Part shown: positions 41,111 to 56,580 of the stretch, piece by piece
Position numbering within the stretch: the first letter of the stretch is position 1
Layout: every line of letters begins with the position of its first letter
NCBI GenBank assembly: GCA_951406725.2
Contig: OX597836.1
Span: 17,670,001-17,734,000, forward strand
DNA from: Octopus vulgaris
Lineage: Eukaryota
Direction: 5' to 3'
DNA length: 64,000 bases
Notes under the pieces: model-generated
Told to the model about the DNA's origin: nothing
Databases searched by the model: none
Seen by the model: the letters and a program-made list of their open reading frames with translations, nothing else
Translations under genes and position numbers: made by a program

Positions 41111-41819
41111 AAACAAATACAATATAAAAGATAAGTGGTTTCTGTAAAAAAAAATACTGATTCAGAATTATTTCAAGGGTCCAGATTCTGTAGACTACAC
41201 AATCACGTGCCCGTTATTTCAGTGGGTTTGCAATGTGTGCAACTGAGCTAACAAGGGAATTCTAATCATCACAATCGCCTGAGATCCATTTCCTTTAATA
41301 TTCTTTGCGCACTTCTTGTACTTATCTGATCGTTCTATTACAATACTTCGTTCAATATCTGCGATTGCCCCCACTTACACTGACCCACGCCACACCTCTC
41401 ATTAACCTCCTTCCGCTGCCATCGTACTAATAGCCATAACCTTTCACTAAACGTCCTCTCACCATTTCAATCAGTGCAAATCAGTTACCAACACACTGGT
41501 TCCCTCCCTATACCCTTTTAATATAACCTCTTATCTAATTCCATCTCTCTCCTTTTTCTCTCTCTTTTGTTTGTGTGTGTCTCTCTCCATGTTTCTCTCT
41601 CTCTCTCTCTCAAGCGTTTACTTTCACTTTCGTTTTCAATTTTTATCTAGACCATCCACACTCACACAAATACACACACGCGCATGCACACACGAACAAA
41701 CACACACACATGGCACACACACACACATACATACGTGTGTATGTGTGCTTGTATGTATGTATATATATATATGTATATATTTGCATAGATACATATATAC
41801 ATATCTATCTATCTATATG

Positions 41820-41864
<45 letters not shown>

Positions 41865-42030
41865 ATATATATACATTCATATATATATATATGTATATAT
41901 ATACACACATATGTATATATACATATATATATATGTACACACGTTTACATATATATATGTATGCATATGTATATATATATAGTTATACATGTATATACAT
42001 ATATATCTATACACATATATATGTATACAA

Positions 42031-42061
<31 letters not shown>

Positions 42062-42575
42062 AATATATATATACACACGAAAAAGAAAGAGACTGAGAAC
42101 GGACAGAGAGAAAAAGAAACATGAAAACACATAATAAGCACACATACTCTATCACTGTTACGTTTATCCTCCTCCTCCTCCTCTCCCAATTCACCTCTCC
42201 TCCGCCTTCCATCTCCCCGCTCTCTTTCTCTCTCTCTCTCTCTCTCTGCCATTTCTCTCCATAATTAGTCTGACTCTAAATGAAAACCATCTACTTCAAT
42301 AATCATGTGTTTTATAGCAAGGTCGCACTGCTGACTAACATAGACATCGAGTTGCCTCATCTCCTGCTTCATTCTTTTATTCCACCATTCACTCAGTCGT
42401 TCATTCTGTCATTCTAAAGAATCATTTTTGCTTGTTTAAATAGTTTCCTTCTTTTTCATTACTTACTCTTTCATTCCTTCATCTGTCGTGTTTACCCTCT
42501 TACTTTTTCAGGTTTCTGACCTCTGTACACACACTCACACATTAACACACATATATATACAGACACACACACACA

Positions 42576-42649
<74 letters not shown>

Positions 42650-42781
42650 AACATACATACATGTATGCATATATATATACATACATTTATTCAGACATAC
42701 ATGATGTAACACATAGGCACACACACACACGTATATACACACATATATAATTATATGTATAGATACACATGCATGCATATT

Positions 42782-42871
<90 letters not shown>

Positions 42872-43183
42872 TACATGCGCACACGCGTATACGCAGTTTT
42901 TAATGGTAGCTGTTGCTTTCTCGGTTAAAGACCTTGTTCCTGTTGTCCATTTCTCCGTCCTCATCCTCTTCCCCTTCTGCTCCTCATTCGGGTGATTCAG
43001 TGTATTTGTAGTAAAAAGTTAGACATCGCCACCGTCCCCTCATCGATCATCGCACTAAACCCTACCCTCTCCGACACCCACATTGCCATCGAAGTCTAAT
43101 TACCGGTCATCGATCGCATGGTTTTAATATGTCCATATACACACATCACACGCACAAAGACACATAAATATGTATGCATACAC

Positions 43184-43257
<74 letters not shown>

Positions 43258-43761
43258 TCATAGAGTGCATATAAAACATTGCGTCTAATGATGTAATGTA
43301 ACAGGTATATACTACCATAAGTGCTCGGATTGGTTTATCACTAAATCTTCGACTGGAACTCCAACTAGAACGAAAGTGGTATTGTAGCAGCCAAGCAGTG
43401 AATGGCTATAAGTGGTTCATCATTGAGCGGGTAAATATATATATTAAAAAGTAAGAGTGAACAGGCAAAACATTTTGTATCAGTTTAGAGAGTGAAATGT
43501 ATAATTTGATCAAATTGCAGTGTAGGATTAAATAAGGGATTACGAAATAGTGCGCAAAGCCTTTTACAGCTGTTTCTAGCATAGATGTGCACATGGTGCA
43601 TAGGCTATTGAGCAAAGATTTCCGTATAAGACAACGTATCCTGTCTTCAGGGGGAAATAATTAAGTTCCATCATCGAATAATATATATCTGTATATGGAT
43701 ATAGATATTTATATGTACATGCGTATGTGATTACATATATATATATAAATATATATAAATG

Positions 43762-43961
43762 TGACCTCGTGTGTACCATTGGCGATTTTTTTTCCTCTGT
43801 CTTCCCTTCTCTGGATCTTTCCTTCTCCTATGTTTCCGACGAAGAGCTCCGCTCGAAACGTTAAACTCTCCTTTCCTTCTTTCCTGAGCGTCCAATAATA
43901 CTATATTTGTTCGACGTCCTCGCGTTGTTGTGTTATTTACTGCTTTCTTGTTTGGACTAAC

Positions 43962-43965
<4 letters not shown>
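43762..43965 (+). mobile_element. Penelope-like terminus with a minimal hammerhead variant (43832-43866)
   Basis: gttt CCGACGA A gagc-tcc-gctc GAAAC GTT aaac; palindromic AACGTT; (TA)n flanks; related copy at about 51430-51570. Confidence 0.65.
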
Positions 43966-44005
<40 letters not shown>

Positions 44006-44065
44006 TGTGTGTGTGTGTGGATGCGCAATGGCCCACTGGTTAGGGCAGCGGACTCGCGGTTGCAG

Positions 44066-44640
44066 GATGGATTTCACTGCCTACATCGATTACCTGCCAC
44101 GACTATCACCAAGAGATGCACATTGTTGCGAAAGGTCGATAACGATTGAGGAAATACGGGACGAGATAATAGGGTTGAATGGGGGGAAAATCGCCAGGAT
44201 TAGATGATCTGCCTTACGAGCTTTATTCTAGTATGCCAGACTTGTTTGAAGGCCTCTCGGCAGATATCTACTGCAGTTGGCAACAAAATGGGAAAATTCC
44301 CAAAATTGTGAGCCGAGGAGCAGTGCTACTGCTGAGAAAGGATCCAAGTATGATGGAGGTATCAGATAATTTTAAGCGCATCACTTTACTTAATGCAGAC
44401 ATGATAATTTTTGCCTAAGTGCTAGAGAAGATGTTGGCGCTAGTCGTCGAGACGCAAAAACATCCTATCAATACCCTATGAACAACACCCTGTCAACACC
44501 TTATGAACGGTGGTATGCTCAAAAATGAAAATTGAGTGTGGAGAGGGGAGTGCTGTCCTGGAGTGAGTTTATTGAAAGGTGGGTGGAAGTTGCGAAGATG
44601 GTAAGAGTGGATAATACCTCTCTAAGGTATACTTGTGAGT
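44066..44640 (+). pseudogene. L1/Tx1-clade LINE ORF2 remnant (RT N-terminus joined to the extreme C-terminus)
   Basis: LPRLS...ITIEEIRD...GKSPGLDDLPYELY...GKIPKIVSRGAVLLLRKD...NFKRITLLNAD resembles the KSPGPDG...RPITLLNxD RT motifs; then ERGVLSWSEFIERW; frameshifts and stops are present. Confidence 0.85.
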
Positions 44641-44931
44641 CGGAAAGAAGAAATGGGAGAGGACACTTGCTCCGGGGGTGGGGGGGGGGGATGGCAGGGA
44701 TCTCGGACAGTGGGGTTCCTCGATTATCCCTAGAGCCCTTCCTGTATCAGGAGGGCCACATATCTATCATCCTCCCCGCCATTGTTCAAACCTTTGTATG
44801 CTATGTATATGTTACTTCTTTTTCTTCTTTCTTTCAGTTTCTTTATTTTTATAAACAAACCTGAAAGCCCTTGCGAGTTACGGAAAGAAAGCTATTACAG
44901 AAGGATAATAGTATAATAACTGTATATAATA

Positions 44932-45329
44932 CTAGCAGTATCGCCCGGCGTTGCTCGGGTTTGTAAGGGAAATAACTATAAAGCATTTTTAGAGAGTTAT
45001 AGCCAAAAAATAGCAAAAAATTCATTAAAAATGGAAAAAAAATTATGGTAAATTTTTTTTAAAATCGTTGACTCATCGTAGATATTTTTAGAGAGTTACT
45101 TCCCTTATACATGCCAAAAATACGTTAAAAATAGGAAAAGAATATGATAATTTTTTTTAAAAATCGTAGGCTCATCGTAGACGCGCGCTAATACCCAGAC
45201 GGGCTCGATATGAATCACGACTATAAGATACCCGATTTTGGTTAAACTGCACCGCAAAATGTGGGAGTAGTTAGGAATCTAAATCGTAGGAGACAGACAC
45301 TCACACAACTTCACTTTCATATATATAGA
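44932..45329 (-). mobile_element. Non-autonomous Helitron (398 bp)
   Basis: Minus strand starts with TC and ends with CTAG, has a subterminal hairpin CCCG..CGGG at 44944-44959, and sits between A and T without a TSD. The empty site is visible in the inverted copy at about 45690-45715. Confidence 0.85.
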
Positions 45330-45712
45330 TATAAAATTATGATATTTATTTTCCGATTTGAAGCGGCAATTTTTAAATATAAAAATGATGTGCTATCCTC
45401 GGGCAGAATCGAACTCACAAATCAACGTTTTCCCGGCTCCTTGCGAATCTGATTGGCCAAACGCTGACCCATCGATTTCTGTCAAATTTATTTAATATAT
45501 ACTTAAACTGGTTAGATACTACATAACTAATATTTTTATAAACAAACCTGAAAGGCTTTGCGAGTTACGGAGAGAAAGCTACTATGGAAGGTTCATTTGT
45601 AAGTTCGATTCTACCTGAGGTTAGCTCATTATTTTTCAGTCATTTGTTTAAATTTAAAACTTGTCGCTATAAATCGGAGAATAAATATCATTATGATATA
45701 TATTATATACAG

Positions 45713-45804
<92 letters not shown>

Positions 45805-46218
45805 AGGTTATGAGAGGTAATTGTGTGAAGAAGACCCAAAGGTGTCAGGTAATGCTGAGTAAGTGCTAAACTCCAGGTTCGTTGATTATGCGAATGAGGA
45901 GGTCACATATCAGAACGTGCATATATAAAAAAAAATAACAGGTGTCTTCAAAATAAAGCTGAATCTCTTCCTGTCAAGTGTCCCAGATGAACCAACTTCA
46001 CAGCAGGAGGTGCAGATGAGGGCAGCTGCATCGAACTCTCTCATGCACCAAATATCAATTGCTAAAATGCATTCGTGAAGTAAAATCATGTAGCAACACC
46101 GAATGGCGGTACCCCAGCATGGCCACAGCTCATGAACTGAAACTAGATGAAATTAAAAAAAAAAAGGAAAAAGAATGAGATAAAAATCCAAGGCTGGGTA
46201 AGATTTCAGATAAATAGG

Positions 46219-46263
46219 TCTTACAGCTTTTTCCGGGATATTTTACGTACCCCTTCATCGGAG
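46219..46263 (-). ncRNA. Hammerhead-like motif (variant core)
   Basis: Minus strand: tct CCGATGA A ggggta-cgtaaaa-tatccc g GAAA aagct GTA aga. Confidence 0.45.
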
Positions 46264-47064
46264 ATGGTGTGAGAAAGTGGTTAAGCAGTAATTATTCTAG
46301 ATGAGATATGAAATAGAGAGTGAAGTGGAGGAATGAAAATAGATGTGAGATATGTAGGGATATTGTATCTCCAGTTCCATTATTTAGGCAGAATGGTATA
46401 CATATAAGATTCCTGTACCTTGTAAGTTCCAATAGTATTTAAAATTGGTCATTCCAAGCATTGAGTTTGTAAACGGTGTTATCAAATCGAGGGACTATTT
46501 TGAAGTGATCACTTAAAAAAAAAAAAAATATATATATTGGTTGGTTCCTAATGGACTGTGCCATAACATAAATGGAGATAGGCAGAGAGCATTCACCGCA
46601 GAGTAAAACCAAGAGTTGCGTATTGTCGAGGGTTATTACCAGTATCTTGAGTAGAACGATTTGCGAAGACATTATTATTAACCCGTTGTATCGTACGTCG
46701 AATGTGCGATACAACAAGAACGAAAGACAATATCGCCAACCTCTGCATTTCCGAATTAATCAAGACGTTGAAATTGAAAATAAATACACGAAAATGGGTT
46801 TACAATAAATTCCAGAGCTAAACAATTCGCGCACAAAAATAACCTCGTGAAGGTTCACTAAAAAGTAGTAATGTTCGAATCAATTTCATCCAATTCTCTT
46901 CCAAAAACATGGTAATTACTGAAGGTGAAATTCAACATCAGCTTAGGAAATTGCAACGATGCAATATCTTCAATTGAAGCTGCAAGGTTAACCTGACAGG
47001 GCTGGACCGATTTTTCAATATTACCCACTGTAATATTATTCCGCACTTATGCACACAATTCCTC

Positions 47065-47143
<79 letters not shown>

Positions 47144-47426
47144 CTATGTATGTATGTATATATCGTTCTCAAAATAAAAAGTGTTTGAAACTCCAATAAT
47201 GTTGTAAATAAAAGTTTGGAGCACTAAAATATGTGCGGTCCTGATGATAGGGCAGTTGTGATCTCGTTTTATCTATAAAATCCCCAATTTTACGTTCTTC
47301 TATACAAGGAAGCACAACAGCTATACAAGTCAGTGCTATTCGTAAATCAATACCGTTCAACTCAATACACACTCACACATATATATACACCTATATATAC
47401 ATACACACACACACACATATATATAC

Positions 47427-47470
<44 letters not shown>

Positions 47471-48077
47471 ATGTGTATGTGTGTGTGTGTATGTGTGTGT
47501 GTGTGTTTCACCGAGCACAGATGTTTAGGTTGAAGAATTTAATAACTTAATAGTCAAACTATATAAAGCCTACAGAATAATGGTCGACATTTATTGTCAA
47601 TGCTCGCTATGGGGTTGGATCTAAGACCATAAAGACAAACAGCTGGAATATTTCACTCCTAACAATTTATGTATATTTAATGCTAATTCTATCGCATAAA
47701 TGTAATCTGTAAACGTCCATTAATATCACTATGAAAGTTCCTTTTCTCGTCTTCGTTTTCCTATTTGATAAATTCAAGATAACAGATGAGGAAGTTACCA
47801 CTTACCTGTATATCGTTACAATACCTGAAACCTGTAGCCATGATAAACTCGACTCTTCAAGATGAAGAATTTGACAACACAGACTACAACTAGATGCCAT
47901 TCTATTGTGCTAGTAAACTAAATAGTTAAAGTCTGCAGAAGTTCCATAATTATGATACGGTGATGCAATCGTAACATTACAAAAGAGGTCTTATACACAT
48001 TCATGACCGTCGTTATCAAACGTAGACCTAGCAAACCGAAGTTTCACATTTTAAATATTAGACGGAAATTTCCAGAA

Positions 48078-48575
<498 letters not shown>

Positions 48576-49740
48576 GGGAAATAGTGATGTTGTGGAGTGT
48601 GTTAAATGGGATGGTTCATATCACAGGGGTCAAAAGTTAGAGGCTAACGGTTATGTAACAGAGCATCATAAAAAGAATTGATAAAGTAAACTTAATGTGA
48701 ACTTGTTTGGGGAAATCTATACACAATTATTTGAATGAAAGAATAATTTGGGTAAAACCTTAGTACGATGTTATTACTTATTACTTGTTAACAAAAAGCT
48801 CTGAGGCCGAAGTTAATACTACAACTTAATTGGTCCGCTAATATTTGAAAACAATGGCGTTGTTCAGTTCCGTTAAATCTATCAATAAAATACAAGACAA
48901 ATAAAAACAAAAAAATAGCAATAAAAATATTTAAGGAATCAATTGTCTAAGGGGCCTTACTTAATGAGTGGGCGATGGATAGTACTTACGGTTATGGACA
49001 AAATTTTCTTTATGAATATATCTGAGATATATATCAAATTTACAAGTAATTGTCAGAACGGGAAAAATAAAAGATGAAGCAATGAATGGAAAAATAAACA
49101 CTGCTGGACTCTAGCGGAGGGAAGTGGCCGATTAGCACATTATCGTATTAAAATGCAGAGATAAATTATGCACTAAAGTAACATTTAGGAAATGTTATTC
49201 CGTTATTGCTAGATCTAAGTTATAATTTCCAATTTACAAGTAATTGTCTGAAACAGAAAAGCAAGATGAAAATGAATGAATTACAATATTTTCATATTTA
49301 TAGACTACTATTAAAGTGGGGTAACTGTGTATTGCGTTCCAGTGTTGGGATACAGAGTAATATTCAGACACTTAACATAAGGTTGAAGCTATTTTCAATT
49401 ATAGAGCGAAACAGACGGTATACATGTTAGGATAAAGGCAGAGCTTAGAGAAGAAATGAACCTAATGTGGCATTATAATTTTATAAGATTGTGAAGTTCT
49501 AAAATCGTAAACTTATAGAATTAATTACAATTACAGTGGGAGTTATTCTGGCTAGGGTGAAGGTGAAGGGATGGAAATACAGGATATATTATCATAAGAT
49601 GTATTTGAATACACCTACATATACAAATGCTAATAGGTATACAGATCAAGACTCACGGATAAATTCTTATAAATAAGTGTTTAAACATAAATGCTTAGAA
49701 ATAAATGGAGTAATATCCCAAGGAAAAACTATTGTAATTA

Positions 49741-49822
<82 letters not shown>

Positions 49823-49952
49823 GTAAAAAAATACAAACTGGGACAAGAACGTAAAACATTTAGCAGACGATACAAAAAACACGGACGGGACATTCGAAGC
49901 CTTCAATCTTCAGTCAAGAACCGGATCATCTTCGCAATTTCGGCTGATTAAT

Positions 49953-50024
<72 letters not shown>

Positions 50025-50393
50025 TTTTAATCTTCTATTTGTGGTCATCATCGGGCAAAAACACCTCCAAGGCTTTGCCTGATGATGACCACACTCTGAA
50101 ACAGATAAAAGATTTATGACAACAGATATATGTATATATGTATGTATACATACAGACATGTAATCCTTATGGAAAGATAATCGTAATTAAAAATTGTAGC
50201 GATGTTTCATTTTTTAACCAGACAGGCCTATAACAACATGACAGCCAAAACTCAGATTCTTTAGCGAGACGCAACTTTATGTATGGATGTAACTGATAAG
50301 ATCCAGACTGCAAAATGGATGTAACAGATGTTGAACAGTATCCCACATATAAGAGACAGTAACAGGATCGGTCGAAATGATCGTTGTACAAAA

Positions 50394-50438
50394 TAAAGAT
50401 TAATATCAAATCCGTATTCAGATTACTTAAGTAATTAT

Positions 50439-50521
<83 letters not shown>

Positions 50522-50784
50522 TTATTATTATTATTATTATTATCATTATTTTTATCATCATCATCGTCATATATACACACAACTCACACATATCTGAACA
50601 CATTTAGACGCACGTACATACACTTCTACACATACTCATACGCACATAGACACGCACGCATCCTCACACGCACAGAAGTACATATGTACACACCCATATA
50701 TATATATACAGTAGTATATATATAGTAGTAGTAGTAGTAATAATTACTTAAGTAATCTGAATACGGATTTGATATTAATCTTTA
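50394..50784. repeat. Perfect inverted repeat of about 55 bp (50394-50450 and about 50728-50784) enclosing microsatellites
   Basis: TAAAGATTAATATCAAATCCGTATTCAGATTACTTAAGTAATTATTACTAC and its exact reverse complement. Confidence 0.88.
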
Positions 50785-50787
50785 TAA

Positions 50788-51017
50788 GGCAGCGAGCTGG
50801 CAGAAACGTTAGCACGCCGGGCAAAATGCGTAGCCGTATTTCGTCTGCCGTTATGTTCTGGGTTCAAATTCCGCCGAGGTCGACTTTGCCTTTCATCCTT
50901 TCGGGGTCGATAAATTAAGTACCAGTTACGCACTGGGTCGATGTAATCGACTTAATCCGTTTGTCTGTCCTTCTTTGTCCCCTCTATGTTTAGCCCCTTG
51001 TGGGTAGTAAAGAAATA
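50788..51017 (+). mobile_element. SINE family A
   Basis: Full-length, low-divergence copy. Confidence 0.93.
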
Positions 51018-51024
51018 TATATAT

Positions 51025-51074
<50 letters not shown>

Positions 51075-51572
51075 ATAGAGTGACATCGAGACACGTACAC
51101 ACCCATACACTTGTGTACACACACAAACATATACCCGTTCTCATTCCATCCACACATACATGCCAACACACACACACAACTACACCCATTCACAAACCCT
51201 TCAAATTGGCTCTGACTCACTATTGACCCTTCCATCTACGCACACATGCAAACACCACACAGTTAATACCACACGCACATACACGATACCGCATACACAC
51301 AGTCACCATCACACGCACATATGCTACCACACACACATACACACATACCGACCATCTTCACATTTTCCTGTCCGAGAAAGCACTTTCTCTTACTTCTGCG
51401 ACTTCCGGGCACTTCAGAAATGTAACTGCACGTGGGCTGTTGTCGATTTTTCCACCTCTTTCCTTTCCCTTTGGACTTTCCTGTTTTCCTGCTTCCGACG
51501 AAGAGCTATGCTAGAAACGTAAAACAACAACTTTCTTCTTCCCCCGCGCGTCATATTAAAACAATATATATG

Positions 51573-51707
<135 letters not shown>

Positions 51708-51744
51708 CCTACCTACCTATCAATCTATCTATCTATCTATCTGA

Positions 51745-51783
<39 letters not shown>

Positions 51784-51788
51784 TACAG

Positions 51789-51838
<50 letters not shown>

Positions 51839-52827
51839 TGTGGGTGTTTGTCAAGCATACATGTGTGACTATGTATATTTGGATGTATGTGTGGGCGTGA
51901 ATGGACATATTGTGAACCACTTTACAATATTAAAGTTATTATTCTTTGGTTGAGAATATGAGATGCCTCGTTATTTTATATAAACGTAAGATAAATATAT
52001 CCCACCTACTCGAAACGCTCCACTAGAATCGTGTTTATATACTGTAACACCTACACAACATCAGTTTACACTAAAGGGTGCCGCGTATACTGCATTTATC
52101 AATTAGAAACCCGATCATTTCTCTTTCCAATAACATACAGTATAATTCAATTACCCAGTTGGAGAAAATACCCAACAAACACACCAATTATACGTTATTC
52201 CACATACTTAAATTTCTGGGATAAATCTAGAAATTTCCAACACATCATTCGCTTTTAGACGGTTAGATATTAATCTAATAGAGTTTAGTAATAAACCCAG
52301 GCAAGCATTAAAATTTAGTCTGCTGTAGTTAGTCTACTATCTCTATCTCTATCTCTCTATATATATATATGTTCAACATAAAATCAGATCGCCAAAAGAC
52401 AAAAAGAAAGAAACAAACCTAAATCAAATTTACTCTGACTAGACGACATATGATAAAAAAAAAAACTTGAAAGGAAACAGCTGGTAAGAGACTTTGCTGC
52501 GATGGTGGCCGCCTGATTTATATTGAGTCAAACGAATTAATGAACATGGAAGCATGTATTTATAAGCGATGCTAGAAAAAGTAGTAAAAGTTTCAGCAAT
52601 ATTCATGCAACCATTCAGGCAATTATAAACACTGTCCACAGAAAATTCTCTCTTCAATGATATTTGCATAAGCTCGTTACTAAAATTTCTCATACACTAA
52701 GCATTCATGATATTAAAGGATACACGGGGTATAATAAAATGATATATAGACAATCAATCACACGTAGACTCATACACACCTATATATGTGTGTGTGTTTG
52801 TGTGTCTGTGTGTACCACTTTCTCTCT

Positions 52828-52879
<52 letters not shown>

Positions 52880-52933
52880 TAAATTAGAGATAAAACCACT
52901 ATTAGGCAAATGTATATATATATATATATGTAC

Positions 52934-52981
<48 letters not shown>

Positions 52982-53038
52982 CGTACATATATACATACAT
53001 ACATACATAAATATATATATACATATATATATATATGC

Positions 53039-53069
<31 letters not shown>

Positions 53070-53094
53070 CGTACACATATACATACATACATAC

Positions 53095-53141
<47 letters not shown>

Positions 53142-53236
53142 CATACATATATATATATACATATATATATATACATATATATACACACATATATGCACAT
53201 ATATATATATACATATATATATACACACATATACAT

Positions 53237-53274
<38 letters not shown>

Positions 53275-53744
53275 TTGTGTGTGTGATACAGCGTGTGTGT
53301 ATAGTTATATGTGTTAGTCAATTGAATTCCAACATAGTCCAGATTTCACATTCTATTTTAGAAGATTTACAATTTTACGCTGTTAGATATTACACTATTA
53401 CGAGTGTTGTCGTGTGTTATGACAATCTACAGGTGATAACGGTTTAGCAAACAGTCAATGCACTTTAACCACGCGTGTATGCACATATATTATATCTCTT
53501 CACTTTTATTTGTTTCAGTTACGGGATCACGGCCATGCTGGGCCACCGAATTGAAATATTTAACCGATCAAACCGGCTCCAGTTCTTATTTTTTTTAACC
53601 CTCATACTTATTTTATCGGTTTCTTTCGTTCAGGTTAGAGGGACGTAAAGAAACATATGCAAACAGGCACAAACACACGCATACACACACGAACGCATAC
53701 ACATTCACGCACGCACACAAACACGCACACACACACACACACAA

Positions 53745-53814
<70 letters not shown>

Positions 53815-53818
<4 letters not shown>

Positions 53819-54065
53819 GATAAAACGGTAAGATAACAAAAGAAAGAAAGAGACCTCAATATTATGTAAATAGAAGGAAATTTATCTATACAATATGTTA
53901 CATTACTCGGTAACAAGAGAAGGAAAGATCCAGTTTCAGATGGGAAGACAGAGGAAAAAACACCATCTCTTCGGTTATCTGGCTAACCGAAGAGATGGTG
54001 TTGTGGATTTCACTTCGGCATCTGAAACTCAGAGTTTTATCTTGACTACCGAGTAATGTAACATA
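53815..54065. mobile_element. Second copy of the 35445 Penelope-like terminal element, with a different fold-back point
   Basis: Same AAAACGGTAAGATAACAAAAG start; hairpin AACACCATCTCTTCGGTTA-tctggc-TAACCGAAGAGATGGTGTT. Confidence 0.72.
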
Positions 54066-54094
54066 TATATATATATATATATATATACATATCT

Positions 54095-54285
54095 ACGACG
54101 GGTTTCTTTCAGTTTCCGTCTGCCACGCACAAGGCTTTGGCTGGCCTGCTATAGTAGAAGTGTATTCTACAATAGCCTAGGTCTATGGTAGAAGACACTT
54201 GCCCAAGTTGCCACGCAGATGGACTGAACCCGGAACCAGGTGGTTGCAAACAAACTTCTTATCATTAGACAGCCACATCTGCGAC
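54095..54285 (-). mobile_element. SINE family B, 5' half
   Basis: TTTCAGTTTCCGTCT...GTAGAAGACACTTGCCCAAG...GGACTGAACCCGGAACC. Confidence 0.82.
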
Positions 54286-54459
54286 TATGTATGCATACAT
54301 TCATACATACACGCTTGCAAAAAATTGCGCTAATTTTTTGGCCGATAACTGATGTGGGGTGGGGTGACTATGTTCACGACTTGTTTGTGCTTTTACCGTG
54401 CATTTCTTTATCGTCCTTTTTTCATACATACATACATACATACATATATATATACATAC

Positions 54460-54492
<33 letters not shown>

Positions 54493-55262
54493 TGTATGTA
54501 TGTATGTATGTATGTATGTATGTATGAATGAATGTATTATGTGCGTGTATCATCAATAATCTGTTGGTGGTAAGCCTGATGGTGTTGATTTTGTTCTAAC
54601 ATTTTCCTCTTATTTCTTCCCGTTTCATGCAATTTGACTTTACAACACTTATTTCTTTTACAATTCTCCGACATTGCTCGCGATCTGTCACATTCATGCC
54701 ATCCACTTCATTAAGTCGACACTTGCTGACACCTATGTTATTTTAAAGAACGCTGATTATCAATTAGTGTGCTTATGTAGCTTTTACTAAAAGAAAGCAA
54801 TTACTAAAAATCTACCCACTGTAGGAAGATTCTTAAAATTTCCTATATATATATATTTACCAAAATGGGGTTCTAGACACTTTTTCGACTAAATAATTAA
54901 TTTTGATTAATTGTGAGATTGCGATTTTTTAAAATCTTGCATTGCAAGATAGCACTTATTAATGTCTTACTCTCTTCCCTCTTTCTCTCTCTTTCAATTT
55001 CATCCTTTTTTATAGTTATTAGTTAGCTAATTAATTTATTGAGATCCTTGCCAGTATTACTGTAGTTCATTTGATAAATGAGTATTAAAAAGAAATATAG
55101 TTTTTCCGACTTTTCACTTCTGTAGTCCTTACAATGGTATATCGGTCACCTTCTTCGACGGCTTACACATTACATATTTCTTTACTACCCACAAGGGGCT
55201 AAACACAGAAGGGACAAACAAGTGGTTTTAAGCAAGCTACTTACCACACAGCCACTCCTGCG

Positions 55263-55344
<82 letters not shown>

Positions 55345-55358
55345 TATGTATGTATATG

Positions 55359-55399
<41 letters not shown>

Positions 55400-55400
<1 letters not shown>

Positions 55401-55670
55401 TTCAGCAAAAATTTAGATTCAAATGAATATGGTACTTAATGTAGATGCACCAGAATTCTGTATGGTGTTATCCATAAAAATCCGTGGGGTGATTATAGTC
55501 AAAATAAGCAACAAGAATGACTTCGGTAATTTGGTACGATCGTTTCGTACTACATCATTTTATTAAATGTTGTAAGTATTACAACAGCTTTAAAATGCTG
55601 AGCACTCATCATTTGAAAACTGTTGTAATACTTACAACATTTAAGGAGTCATTCTTGTTGCTTATTTTGA
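55400..55670. mobile_element. Fold-back Penelope-like terminus (25-bp perfect arms 55563-55587 and 55620-55644) with the 3' half of a hammerhead
   Basis: Minus strand GAAAC gatc GTA at about 55534-55545; flanked by (TA)n. Confidence 0.55.
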
Positions 55671-56090
55671 GTATATATATATGTATATACATATGTATAT
55701 GTATATATATGTATATATATGTATATATATGTATGTGTGTGTGAGTGTGTGTGTGTGAGTGTGTGTGTGTGAGTGTGTGTGTGTGAGTGTGTGTGTGTGT
55801 GTATGTATGTATCTGTGTGTTGTATCTTTGTTTCTCTGTCTGTCCCATTCGATCACTTGACAACTGTTGCTGGTGTGTCTGCGGACCCACAATTTAGCGG
55901 TTTGGCAAAAAAGAATAACTACTACTGAGCTAGATCCATTCTTCAAGGCGGTGCCCCATCATGGTCGCAGTCTAATGACTGAAATATATAAAAGCTAATG
56001 TATACCCATAGATATAAACATACTTAAATGAATGGATAACTTCCTGTAGGAATCATGAATGCACATAGTTGTGAAGTTTGGGAATGATAT

Positions 56091-56543
56091 TACTCTTTTA
56101 CTCTTTTACTTGTTTCAGTCATTTGACTGCGGCCATGCTGGAGCACCGCCTTTAATCGAGCAACTCGACTCCGGGACTTATTCTTTGTAAGCCCAGTGCT
56201 TATTCTATCGGACTCTTTTGCCGAACCGCTAAGTGACCGGGGGACATAAACACACCAGCATCGGTTGGCAAGCAATGCTAGGGGGACAAACACAGACACA
56301 CAAACATACACGCACACACACACACTGGCAGAAACGTTAGCACACCGGGCGAAATGCGTAGCCGTATTTCGTCTGCCGTTACTTTCTGAGTTCAAATCCC
56401 GCCGAGGTCCACTTTGCCTTTCATCCTTTCGGGGGTCGATAAATTAAGTACCAGTTACGCACTGGGGGCGATGTAATCGACTTAATCCGTTTGTCTGTCC
56501 TTGTTTGTCCCCTCTATGTTTTAGCCCCTTGTGGTTAGTAAAG

Positions 56544-56580
<37 letters not shown>

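Noticed and set aside
46380-47060. Short ORFs near a hammerhead-like motif, possibly a retroelement body
   Set aside because: No RT or endonuclease motif was identifiable in any frame.
49030-49285. Diverged duplication AATTTACAAGTAATTGTC...AAGATGAA..ATGAATG with a period of about 195 bp
   Set aside because: Probably real but only two short, decayed copies with no further structure; nothing more can be supported.
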